The notes under the pieces were generated by a model. It made no database searches and had not been told where the DNA came from. It saw nothing but the letters and a program-made list of their open reading frames with translations. A stretch of DNA of 64,000 nucleotides, taken from assembly GCA_002723035.1 (NCBI GenBank), contig PBNH01000021.1:1272-65271 (forward strand). The letters run 5' to 3'. Both the position numbers and the translations under genes were made by a program. The number at the start of each line of letters is the position of its first letter. Position 1 is the first letter of the stretch. This DNA is from Rhodobiaceae bacterium (GTDB lineage Bacteria; Pseudomonadota; Alphaproteobacteria; MED-G09). Below are positions 39,952 through 49,604 of this stretch, one piece after another.

Positions 39952-42900
39952 TTAGACCATTAAGAAGTCTGCGGCAACAAATGCACCGTCAGTAATAGTC
40001 TGATCAAACATAACAACCGGTATTAAGTCAGCTGCAACGTTTGGATTAGTTGTTCCATCAACATGATAAATAACAGTTACATTTGTATCATAAGCAATCA
40101 AATAATAATCATCATCGGCACCATCAGATGTAATACTTGCCGCAGTAGCTCCAGATGATAAAGTTTTAAGTAATTCAACACCTGTTCCTGCTGCAAAGTC
40201 AGTAGCAAGGTTACCATCAGCAACTGTAATACCTGTAAGCTCAACAATATCAATAGCCGCAGTATTAATATTAATACCATCAGTATCAGTAGCACTTCCA
40301 ATATTAAAGGTAGCACCGTTATCAACAGCAGTTACTGCTAGAGTTACCAATACTGGAGCAACATTATCACTACCAGCTAACTCTGAAGCTGTATTCTCAA
40401 GATGAACAACGTCACCAACAGTTGTACCAGCATCCTCGAAATCATTGATTTCTGTTCTGTTAGCTGTAGCAACACCAAGAGCTAAGAAAGTATCATCTCC
40501 TGTACCACCTGTAAGAACATCAACACCTGTACTTGAAACAATTGTATCGTTACCAGCACCAGCATCAATAATATCAGCACCTGCACCTGAAGTAATGCTA
40601 TCAGCACCTGCACCGGATGTAATAGTATTAGCACCAGCACCGGCTGTAATAATATCAGCACCAGCACCAGAAGTAATAGTATCATCACCTGAACCAGTAG
40701 TGATTATGTCATTACCATCAAGAGTTGTAATTGTAGTAGCAGTATCGTCATCACCGGATACAGTAACGTCAATATCAGCACCATGGAAACTGTCTAGGCC
40801 AGAAAGTGTGATTGCATAGTCATCAGAGTTAAGAGTTGAGTCACCATCCATGTCGATGTAAAGAACATCGTTATCTTTAGCAAATACAAAACTACCACTT
40901 GAATTATTCATTGCATTAACTGCTTCACCAGCATTAGACACGTCACCTTTATCAGCTAGGATAAAGGATGTTGTATTACCATTTGCAACCGCACCTGAAG
41001 AAACTACAAGACTAATTGAGTCACCGTTTGTAACTTGAGCGCCTGTAGTAGCATTTAGTGTTGATTGCGTAAAGTCTGTGATTGTATCTTTGGTATTACC
41101 AGATGAGTCTGCGATAGTGTCATACTTAAAGATATCATTACCAGCACCACCAGTAAGATTATCGGCACCTGCGTCACCTTCAATGGTATCAGTTCCATCA
41201 CCACCACTAAGAACATCATTTCCAGCAGCACCGTTGATAATATCATTACCAGCACCACCGTTTACAATATCATTACCAGCGCCGCCATTTAATGTATCAG
41301 CACCAGAGTTACCAGTAATTGAGTCATTACCTGAACCACCTGTTAATGTATCACCTACAGTAGTACCACCACCTGTAATGGTGTCATCACCTTTTGAACC
41401 AATAAGTTGGTCAGATGCAGTACCACCAGTAATAGTAAAGTCAATATCTACTGTATCAACAGAAGTATTAACATTGAAAGTTGCAGATCCAACAGTTTTA
41501 TTGGATAAATCAATCGTCATAGTTCCTGTATTTAAGGAAGCTGTACTATTAACTACGATTTGGATATCAGCAGCACCACTTGTAACTGCATCAACTGTAT
41601 ATATTTCAACTTTTTCAATTCCAGTAACAACATTGAAGTTTATAACACCAGTTACAGCAGCATCATTTTCAAGTTGGATGGTATCAGTACCAGCACCACC
41701 AGCGATAGTATCATTTGTTGCTAGATGTGTTGTACCATCAAACCTGAAAGTATCATCACCGGAACCACCAGTGAAACTATCAGCATTGACATTACTACCA
41801 TTATCAATAATTAAGAATGCACCATTGGATACAGCAGAACCGTCAATAGTTGTCACATTATCAGTTGTTGTACTTGTTATTGTTAAGGTATCTAAGCCAA
41901 GATTAGTAAATGTTTCGTTACCAAAGGTAAGGCTTGTTGTATTACTTCCAAGAGTAATTTTTTCAATACCAATTAATTGAGAAAGTTCAGGAGCGGTAAG
42001 TGTAAGATCAGCCGCTTCTGTAAATGATAATGTATCTGTACCAGCACCACCATCAACAGTTTCAACACCACCAGCAACTTTAAAGTGTACGTCATCTGCA
42101 ACGATAATAATATCATTACCATCACCAGCAGTAATGTGATCAACACCAGCTCCACCTGTTATGCTGTCAATACCAGTACCACCTTCAATGGTATCATTAG
42201 CAGCACCACCTATTAGTGTATCATTACCACCATTACCAGTTAACGAGTCAGTACCTGAACCACCTGTTAGACTATCACCAAATCCACCACCAATAGCTGT
42301 CAATTTAGTGTTGTCACTATTTGTAACAGATAGTAATTCACCATTTGTAAGTGTTGTAACATTAGCATCCAGAGCTGAACCATCAACTGTGATTGCTGCT
42401 CCTAAGAAACCAGAGGCAATAGTAACAGTAACATCACCAGCACTTTGATCGACAGCAAGGTCAGTAACTACAATCTTTTCAACATTAGTTACATTTGCAC
42501 CAATAGCACCAGTAGTTGAGTCACCAGTTGTATCAGCATCATCATCATTTTCAAGATAAATAATATCAGAACCAGCATTACCATCAATAGTATCATCAGC
42601 AGTTAAGCTCTCAGTAGCTTGGAAAGTAAATGTATCATCTGAGGATGAACCAACTAATTTTAGATTACCAGCTGCAGTTGCTTTAACGCTAATAGCTGTG
42701 CTCATTAATGAAGCACCAGCTGTGTCTTCACCACTAGACAAAGTACCAGCTCCAGCAAAATTAAATGCAAGGCCAGGGTTATTGGCAATAACAGTATCAC
42801 TTATTGTGAAGTCACTACCTTCTGGGATTGTCCAATTTTCAGTATTAGTAATAGTAGAAAGTTGAGCTGCAGTTAGATTTTGAGCACCTGTGAAGGTAAC

Positions 42901-45900
42901 AGTATCATTACCAGCACCACCGTCGATGATATCAGTACCAGATGCTGTTGAATATTCAGTTTTAGCATTAAGTGTAAAGGTATCATTACCTGCTCCACCT
43001 AACATACTGTCTAAGCCTTCATTACCGTCAATAGTATCAGCACCTTCACCACCTAAGATAGTATCATTAGTTGTACCACCATCAAGAATATCAGCACCAC
43101 CACCAGAAGTTACGCTTAGTGAAATCTGTGAACCATCACCAATTAGAGTGAACACTTCATCAGCTGATGTTGAACCATCAAGTTCGGTAGCATCGATAGT
43201 AAGAAGTGACTCAGTAGCAGTTGTTATATTTTCATTCACTGTAAGTTTTGCATCTGTACCAGCACTTGTAGAATCTTTAATAATAACTTTTTCTACTTTG
43301 GTAACGTCATCAAGATCTGCAGTTGTAGCGCCATCAGCAGTAAGCTCAAGAGTATCAGTTCCTGAACCACCTGTAATTGTAAAGCCGTCAACAACATCGG
43401 TTGTATTACCTTTAACAGTTAAACCAACATTTGCTGAGTTGATAATTGCTTTATTATTAGTAGCACCAACATCGGTAACTGTAACAGTTGTATCTGCAGT
43501 CCATGTTTTACCTGTACCACCAAGTGTTAGAATTTGAGCAGATGCTGAATCAATTTTAAACGTAGTAGCACCACCCATACCACCATCAGCAGTAATGTTA
43601 ATAGCACCAATTGGATTAATTATTTCAATATTACTTACACCGCCCATAACTGATGAATTTGAAATACCAGCAGTTGTTGTAAGGGTATCAGTTCCTGCTC
43701 CACCATCAATTATATCAGTATTAGCAAGGCTTGATTCTGCAGTAATAATATCATTACCGTCGCCTGCTGTAATGTTATCAGCACCAGTACCTAGAGTAAT
43801 GGTATCGTTACCAGCACCTGAATCAATTGTGTTAACACCAGCATTAGCGTCGATAATATCATTACCAGCACCAGATGTTAGTGTATCGTTTTTCGTACCA
43901 AGTGTAACAATATCACTAGCAGCACCTGTTTTAACATCAAGAGGTGTTGCAGCGCTTGTACCTGTAATAGTAACAGCATTAAGAGCTGTAAGTGTATCAG
44001 CGTTAATTGTTAAAACACCAGTTCCAGCAGGAGTACCAATAGAGTAAGCTCCGGTAACAATTGTTGGAGCAGCAGTTGCACCAAATGCTACTAAATTAAT
44101 TGTTTCGAAAACATCATTGTTGGTATCAAAAGTTGTTGTACCAGTTGCAGTATTCACGATATTTAATACATCGCTAGTACCTGTACTACCTGTAATATCA
44201 GTATCAGTTCCAAATGAACCATTATTAGCTTGAACAGTAAGTTGAACATTTGCATTATTGTTAATTACATCTGCAGATGCAGCATCTGATCCAATTTTAA
44301 CTGTTGTCGCATTTGTATAACCATCATTAAGATTGATTGTTTGAACTGAGTCATGTTGCACATCAATAGTAGTTGCTGAAATGTTTGATTCAAGTGTTAA
44401 TGTATGTGCAGTGTCGATCGCAACAACTTCAACATTACTTAATCCACCAAAAACAGTAGATGAAGCACCAGCATTTGTATAGGTACCATCTAATCTTAAG
44501 GTATCTGTTCCATCACCACCATCATATGTATCGGTTCCAGCCCATGTTCCATCAAAGTCAGCAGTATCATTACCACCACCCATTGAAAGTGTATTTTTAC
44601 CAGTAGCTACAGCAGTTAATGTATCTGCAGCAGAACTACCAGTAATTGTTACATTTGAAGCACCAGGAGCATTTGTTAATGTAAGACCACCAGTATTTGC
44701 AGAAGCGTCAACTGTTGTAACATTTGAGTCTAAAGCAGCAGTAATTGTTAATGCTGAACCACCGGTTACAGTTAATGTAGGAGTTAAAACACCATCAATT
44801 TGAAGATCTGCAAGAGTATTTGCAACAGAAACACTATCAATAGTTAAAGACTCAAGAGCACTTGATGTTGAAGTGCTGTCGTCTGTAATAGCTACAGTGG
44901 TTGAGTTTGTTCCAGAGAGTTTCAATGTCATTGAGTCTGCAGCACCTGTTAAAGCTGTCGAGGCATAATTAACAGTAGTTGTATTTGGAGCTGATTTAAC
45001 TGTTAAATCAACTGGATTTGCTAAGTCATTAAAAGTAACACCATCACCACCAGCTATATTAGCTAATGAAGTAATACCTGAAATACCAGCAAGAGCGATA
45101 GTTAATGTATCATCATCGGCAATAGTATCATCTGCGATGCTATTAGTAGCTTGGATAACTTCTATGTTAGATAATTGAGGAATTAGAGTTAATCCATCAG
45201 CTGCTGATGCACTTTTCACAGTTAATGTATCTGTACCAGCACCACCATCTAGAACATCATAGTCATTAAGACTATCGGCTGTAGTTCCATCAAAAGAGTC
45301 ATTACCACTTCTACCTGTGAATGTATCAACACCGGTTGTGAGTGTGAATGCAGCTGTAGTAGCTGATGAACCATCATTATTAATAAGAATTATATCGCTA
45401 GAAATTGAATTTGAATTAGAATCAAAAACACTAACTTTCATACCTTCAATACCCTCAACAGTTGAGTCAGTTGTTGGAGTTACAGAGAAGGTTGTTGAAG
45501 TTGAGCCAGCGGCTATTGTTGCTGTACCGGATAAAAGATCAACATCAGTTGTTCCAGCTTTATCGACAGTACCACCATTATCGTCACCAATTACAGTCCA
45601 GGAGAAAGAAGTGTCAGCAGTCACAGCGACACTAGATGTAATTGTAAATACGGCGGCATCACCTTCTGTTACGCTAGTAGCAGATTTTGCTACAGAGTAT
45701 GAAGCACCACCACCACTTGACCATGCAGTACCTTGAACTGTTACGTCAGAAGCACCAGCCACAGATCCAGAAGTTGGAAGTGAAGCAACACCAGCTCCAG
45801 CGGCAAAGGCTGCAAATGAGCTTACTGAACCAGATGTTCCTGCAGTTGCATTACCACCTAAGTCATAAGTAAAATTACTTGCACCATTAATCGTTACAAC

Positions 45901-46140
45901 AGCACCGTTGCTTAATGTTAATTGCACAGCATCAGCTGCAAATTTAGTTGAAGAAACAGATAAACCGTTTACTAACTGAATTTTATTCGCACCACTTGTA
46001 TCAACAATTGTAATTGCTGCATTAGCTTCGATTGAATTTGATAATATGTATGTATCATCTCCACCTAGGCCTCTGTATGTGGTTCCATTATTTGAAGGTA
46101 CGATGATGTCCGCACCAGAACTGTGATTAATAGTCGCCAT
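39952..46140 (-). CDS. 2062-aa RTX (Ca-binding beta-roll) protein, S-layer-like T1SS substrate
   Basis: No Sec signal; dozens of GGxGxD nonapeptides; Calx-beta-like domain; RsaA/SapA-like FTLTTGVDTFTG..GND motif; T/G/A/D/S-rich, no Cys seen; ends DFLMV; AGGGAG SD and strong terminator. Confidence 0.87.
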   Translation of the reverse strand: MATINHSSGADIIVPSNNGTTYRGLGGDDTYILSNSIEANAAITIVDTSGANKIQLVNGLSVSSTKFAADAVQLTLSNGAVVTINGASNFTYDLGGNATAGTSGSVSSFAAFAAGAGVASLPTSGSVAGASDVTVQGTAWSSGGGASYSVAKSATSVTEGDAAVFTITSSVAVTADTSFSWTVIGDDNGGTVDKAGTTDVDLLSGTATIAAGSTSTTFSVTPTTDSTVEGIEGMKVSVFDSNSNSISSDIILINNDGSSATTAAFTLTTGVDTFTGRSGNDSFDGTTADSLNDYDVLDGGAGTDTLTVKSASAADGLTLIPQLSNIEVIQATNSIADDTIADDDTLTIALAGISGITSLANIAGGDGVTFNDLANPVDLTVKSAPNTTTVNYASTALTGAADSMTLKLSGTNSTTVAITDDSTSTSSALESLTIDSVSVANTLADLQIDGVLTPTLTVTGGSALTITAALDSNVTTVDASANTGGLTLTNAPGASNVTITGSSAADTLTAVATGKNTLSMGGGNDTADFDGTWAGTDTYDGGDGTDTLRLDGTYTNAGASSTVFGGLSNVEVVAIDTAHTLTLESNISATTIDVQHDSVQTINLNDGYTNATTVKIGSDAASADVINNNANVQLTVQANNGSFGTDTDITGSTGTSDVLNIVNTATGTTTFDTNNDVFETINLVAFGATAAPTIVTGAYSIGTPAGTGVLTINADTLTALNAVTITGTSAATPLDVKTGAASDIVTLGTKNDTLTSGAGNDIIDANAGVNTIDSGAGNDTITLGTGADNITAGDGNDIITAESSLANTDIIDGGAGTDTLTTTAGISNSSVMGGVSNIEIINPIGAINITADGGMGGATTFKIDSASAQILTLGGTGKTWTADTTVTVTDVGATNNKAIINSANVGLTVKGNTTDVVDGFTITGGSGTDTLELTADGATTADLDDVTKVEKVIIKDSTSAGTDAKLTVNENITTATESLLTIDATELDGSTSADEVFTLIGDGSQISLSVTSGGGADILDGGTTNDTILGGEGADTIDGNEGLDSMLGGAGNDTFTLNAKTEYSTASGTDIIDGGAGNDTVTFTGAQNLTAAQLSTITNTENWTIPEGSDFTISDTVIANNPGLAFNFAGAGTLSSGEDTAGASLMSTAISVKATAAGNLKLVGSSSDDTFTFQATESLTADDTIDGNAGSDIIYLENDDDADTTGDSTTGAIGANVTNVEKIVVTDLAVDQSAGDVTVTIASGFLGAAITVDGSALDANVTTLTNGELLSVTNSDNTKLTAIGGGFGDSLTGGSGTDSLTGNGGNDTLIGGAANDTIEGGTGIDSITGGAGVDHITAGDGNDIIIVADDVHFKVAGGVETVDGGAGTDTLSFTEAADLTLTAPELSQLIGIEKITLGSNTTSLTFGNETFTNLGLDTLTITSTTTDNVTTIDGSAVSNGAFLIIDNGSNVNADSFTGGSGDDTFRFDGTTHLATNDTIAGGAGTDTIQLENDAAVTGVINFNVVTGIEKVEIYTVDAVTSGAADIQIVVNSTASLNTGTMTIDLSNKTVGSATFNVNTSVDTVDIDFTITGGTASDQLIGSKGDDTITGGGTTVGDTLTGGSGNDSITGNSGADTLNGGAGNDIVNGGAGNDIINGAAGNDVLSGGDGTDTIEGDAGADNLTGGAGNDIFKYDTIADSSGNTKDTITDFTQSTLNATTGAQVTNGDSISLVVSSGAVANGNTTSFILADKGDVSNAGEAVNAMNNSSGSFVFAKDNDVLYIDMDGDSTLNSDDYAITLSGLDSFHGADIDVTVSGDDDTATTITTLDGNDIITTGSGDDTITSGAGADIITAGAGANTITSGAGADSITSGAGADIIDAGAGNDTIVSSTGVDVLTGGTGDDTFLALGVATANRTEINDFEDAGTTVGDVVHLENTASELAGSDNVAPVLVTLAVTAVDNGATFNIGSATDTDGININTAAIDIVELTGITVADGNLATDFAAGTGVELLKTLSSGATAASITSDGADDDYYLIAYDTNVTVIYHVDGTTNPNVAADLIPVVMFDQTITDGAFVAADFLMV

Positions 46141-46278
46141 TTATTTTCTCCCTAAAATAACAACAAGTCGTTGTACTCATAAAAATTTCGATAGCAAAAA
46201 TCTGCTAACGAATCACAAAATCCTACATTTCGTCAAAAACGTCAATATAAAATAATTTATATTGTAACCAAATGTAAC
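46141..46278 (-). promoter_or_regulatory. Putative promoter and structured 5' leader of the RTX/S-layer gene
   Basis: TTGACG at 46245-46240 (repeated at 46236-46231), hairpins at 46187-46212 and 46160-46174, GTTACA-N4-GTTACA repeat at 46263-46278. Confidence 0.45.
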
Positions 46279-46371
46279 AAACTTTATCAACCTTTTTTTA
46301 AATTTTAATTATGTCTTAAATAAGGCGGTTGATAAAAAAACATTAACCTTATTAAATTGTTTCAAATTTCC

Positions 46372-48333
46372 TTACGTTAAATTTGAGTCAGTAACGATTT
46401 CAACTGTATATGTAGTTGCAGTCCAATCAGTATCAAATGACTCTTCAATATTAGGTAAAACTAACTTACCACTTTGTGCATTACTATCAGGTGCAAATAA
46501 TATTTGTGTTCCTGAAATACCATCTGATGTAACTTCAACATTTGTTAACTGGTCAAATTCTTGAGTGGTTAAATTTGAAGTTCCATTAACTACAACAAGT
46601 GTTAATTTATCAGTAGCAGCGTCAAAGCCATCTATAGTTACTGTATATGCACCTTCCTCAGAGACACCCGAACTAGAAACTTCATACCTAAATTCTTCAG
46701 CTGCAGAAGTTGCTGTTACAGTTGTATCTTCTGAAACTGAAATATTTACAATTGTATATGATGCAGCTGGAGTTTCCTCAGCTGGAGTTTCTTCTGCTGG
46801 AGTTTCTTCTGCTGGAGTTTCCTCGGCTGGAGTTTCCTCAGCTGGAGTTTCTTCTGCTGGAGTTTCTTCTGCTGGAGTTTCCTCGGCTGGAGTTTCCTCG
46901 GCTGGAGTTTCTTCGGCTGGAGTTTCCTCAGCTGGAGTTTCTTCAGCTGGAGCTTCTGTAGCTGGAGCTGGAGCAGCTTCATCTCCGATTGATGAACCAA
47001 AAACAATATTTAAGGCTTTATCTTTATCGGTAACGCCATCAAGGGTTAAAGTTGTGCTGCTTCCATCAGCATCAGGAGCAAAATATATAACTGTCTTATT
47101 ATTAATTTCATCAATAGAATAATCATGTGACGCATTTGCTTCAAATCTGCTTAAGTCATAACCGCTAGCTATACCAGCACCAAGAACAATTATTTTATCT
47201 GTAGATAAGTCAAAACCAGAAATTGTAACATTACCATCAGCACCGACAACATTTGATCCGCTTGAGGTCGCATCGTAAACAAAAGTCTCAGAATCTGCAC
47301 TCGCGGTTACACTTGAGGAGTCAATATCTACACGACTACCAGAAATTGCTGGGGATGAAATTGAAAAAGTAAGATCTATTGAGGATAAGTCTGCATCAGC
47401 AATTCCATCAATATCAATAGAACCACTATTGCCATCTGCGTTAACTCCAAAATCAATTCTTGTTGAGTTAATACCTGTGGTTACATCAACACCTAATGTT
47501 GACAAAAGATCTTCTTTTGAATATCCGGCTGGTAAAGTTTCTGTTTTAATTATAATTCTATCAATTGCAGCGTCAAAATTTGTGATAGAAGTATTTCCAT
47601 CAATTGCAACAGGCACACCATTTAAAAACTTTACAGAAAATTCAAAAATTTCACCCGCAGATGAACTTGCAACGCTTCCGCTTGATAAATCTATAACTGG
47701 CGAACCGGCATCAGCAACTTCATCAGCGGTATTGATAACAACAGTTGATGAGTCAGAAACACCTTTTAAAGTAATAGTACCGGTTGCATCATTATCACTT
47801 CCAAGGTTAACAATAGTATCGCCGTTAATATCAGATGCGACATCAACATTCGATGATCCACCAGAAGTAAATGATGAAGGAGCACCAGTTCCTCTAAGAA
47901 CAAGCACATCATTGCTTGCATCAAAATCAGATATTATAACATTACCATCTTGAGCAGAAGTAACGGACCCACTTGCTGCAAAAGTAACATCATATAAATA
48001 AGTGTCTGCATCAGCTGTTGCAGTATAACGGCCAGCATTAGCATTAATCCCAACAGTTGAAGAACCATCTCCACCTGAGCTCGAACCACCAGAGCCTGAG
48101 TCTGATCCACTAGAACCTGAGTCTGATCCACCAGAACCTGAGTCTGGAGTTGGACTTACAGGTCCATCATAACCTCCACCTCCACCACCTCCACAAGCGG
48201 CAAGGATCATTGGAAGTGTAATTGCACTAAAGTATCCTAATTTACTACGAGAAATTTTGATTAGATTTTTATCTTCTAAAGCAAGATTTTTATCTTTAAC
48301 ATTTTTGGGTGATAGTAAATTTTGTCCGTTCAT
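46372..48333 (-). CDS. Acidic repeat surface protein with lipobox-like LAAC-G7, four homologous beta-rich domains and an (EETPA)12 linker
   Basis: A GGGAG SD supports ATG 48333 (the ORF track starts at 48348); LPMILAACGGGGGGG; four copies of a T/S-A-D..E/D.F/Y.Y....DG.V.I..FD...D.I.L domain. Confidence 0.75.
   Translation of the reverse strand: MNGQNLLSPKNVKDKNLALEDKNLIKISRSKLGYFSAITLPMILAACGGGGGGGYDGPVSPTPDSGSGGSDSGSSGSDSGSGGSSSGGDGSSTVGINANAGRYTATADADTYLYDVTFAASGSVTSAQDGNVIISDFDASNDVLVLRGTGAPSSFTSGGSSNVDVASDINGDTIVNLGSDNDATGTITLKGVSDSSTVVINTADEVADAGSPVIDLSSGSVASSSAGEIFEFSVKFLNGVPVAIDGNTSITNFDAAIDRIIIKTETLPAGYSKEDLLSTLGVDVTTGINSTRIDFGVNADGNSGSIDIDGIADADLSSIDLTFSISSPAISGSRVDIDSSSVTASADSETFVYDATSSGSNVVGADGNVTISGFDLSTDKIIVLGAGIASGYDLSRFEANASHDYSIDEINNKTVIYFAPDADGSSTTLTLDGVTDKDKALNIVFGSSIGDEAAPAPATEAPAEETPAEETPAEETPAEETPAEETPAEETPAEETPAEETPAEETPAEETPAEETPAEETPAASYTIVNISVSEDTTVTATSAAEEFRYEVSSSGVSEEGAYTVTIDGFDAATDKLTLVVVNGTSNLTTQEFDQLTNVEVTSDGISGTQILFAPDSNAQSGKLVLPNIEESFDTDWTATTYTVEIVTDSNLT
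46766..46945. repeat. Coding tandem repeat, 12 x 15 bp (GCTGGAGTTTCYTCN), encoding EETPA
   Basis: Counted directly. Units 1-4 (46766-46825) are identical to units 5-8 (46826-46885); a degenerate unit follows at 46946-46960. Confidence 0.97.
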
Positions 48334-48613
48334 TATAAATACTCCCATATTAATGCTCTCTTAAAAAGCAGAATGTGACAATTTTTTAGTTTAAATTAAT
48401 ACTGTAATTATAATATTCAAACTAAAAAAGATACAATAAATTTTATTTTATCTTTTTATAGGGATTTTTTTAAAATCTCAAACTTTAAATTAAAAAGAAT
48501 TATTTTTTTATTTATCCTAGTAGATATTATATAGGATAAAAAATTTAATACTTATAGAGAATATTATATGTGCACTACTTATAATGTAAATAATAAAGAC
48601 TCTTCATTTATGA

Positions 48614-49417
48614 CTAATAAGATTTTTTATGCGCTAATAACCAAGGAGTTGGATAAGATCTCCACTCCCATGCAGCTAGAAGAATATCCAAATGTGAAAT
48701 TTTATGAATAACTTCTGGAACAGAAAAATTTTTACCATTTTGATAAATAATATCTACATCATGATACTGCTCAAATAGTTTTGGCATAACTTCAATATTA
48801 TGTATGTCATTATACATGTGAAGCTCCATAAAAATATCACAATCTTTAAACAATCCAATATTATTTTCGTTGAATAATTCTGACTCAAAACCCTCAATGT
48901 CACACATAAGAAAAATGCTCTTACCGCTAAACTCTTTTATAAAATCTACATCAAACTCTCCCTCAATTGAGACATTCACAGAATTTTTTTCTGATAGAAT
49001 TTTACATTTTTTTTGAGCATCAGGATTTGAGTCAAAAGCAAATACCTCTGTATCAGGTAGAAGTCTTTTAAGGCCAACTGAATAATAGCCCTCAGCAGAT
49101 CCTATATTTATAAAAATATCAGGTTTTTTTTCTACCATTGATAAAACATAATTATGAATTTCAGATTCATAAATTCCAAGTAACTTTGGAAGATAACATC
49201 CTTCAGATACCTCATCCAAAAATTCCATTCCTTGAAAAGGTCCACTAAAAATTTTTGTTCCATATCTCTCTTTGAAAGTATTCGCTAGAAGGGCACTTCG
49301 GTATTTTGCTAAAAATCTTAATGCCTGATTTGCATTATCAACATAAAAATTATCATCGTTTTCAAAAAAAGATTTTACAGTTTCTTTCAATGAAATATTA
49401 ATTTTCTGAGTAGTCAA
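48614..49417 (-). CDS. FkbM-like SAM-dependent methyltransferase
   Basis: SGPFQGM, PKLLGIYESEIH, INIGSAEGYY, AFD, MCDIEGFE; TTG start. Confidence 0.72.
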   Translation of the reverse strand: MTTQKINISLKETVKSFFENDDNFYVDNANQALRFLAKYRSALLANTFKERYGTKIFSGPFQGMEFLDEVSEGCYLPKLLGIYESEIHNYVLSMVEKKPDIFINIGSAEGYYSVGLKRLLPDTEVFAFDSNPDAQKKCKILSEKNSVNVSIEGEFDVDFIKEFSGKSIFLMCDIEGFESELFNENNIGLFKDCDIFMELHMYNDIHNIEVMPKLFEQYHDVDIIYQNGKNFSVPEVIHKISHLDILLAAWEWRSYPTPWLLAHKKSY

Positions 49418-49604
49418 AGCTCAAATAAATCATTTGCAATTATAGTCAAATAAATTCCCCCCGAAAGATATATGCTAAATTTCATTCTAGTAGATTATAA
49501 GTGTAATTGACAATTAAATAAAAGAATATTTATTATTTCATTAGGAATTCTCTAATTTTAATATTAATTATTATTTCGAAACTAATTAAAAGGGTTGATA
49601 TAGA

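Noticed and set aside
40098..45872. Many long antisense and alternate-frame ORFs (up to 300 aa) inside the RTX gene
   Set aside because: Shadows of repetitive GGT/GCT/ACT/GAT codon usage. Products are low-complexity (SLPAPP repeats), with no SD or family motifs.
46766..46945. Possible CRISPR array
   Set aside because: Contiguous 15-bp units with no unique spacers, in frame within a CDS, and no cas genes
46565..47122. ORFs with (AGVSS)n, (LEFLL)n and (KKLQ)n repeats
   Set aside because: Other reading frames of the 15-bp EETPA repeat. Variation among units is synonymous only in the EETPA frame.
48511..48540. Inverted repeat TTTATCCTA-N12-TAGGATAAA
   Set aside because: It could be an operator or a weak terminator, but it is AT-rich, single-copy and in a very AT-rich spacer, so I cannot distinguish it from chance
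27154..49604. Integrative element or prophage at tRNA-Val
   Set aside because: No integrase, transposase or phage structural genes, and no repeat of the tRNA 3' end seen by eye
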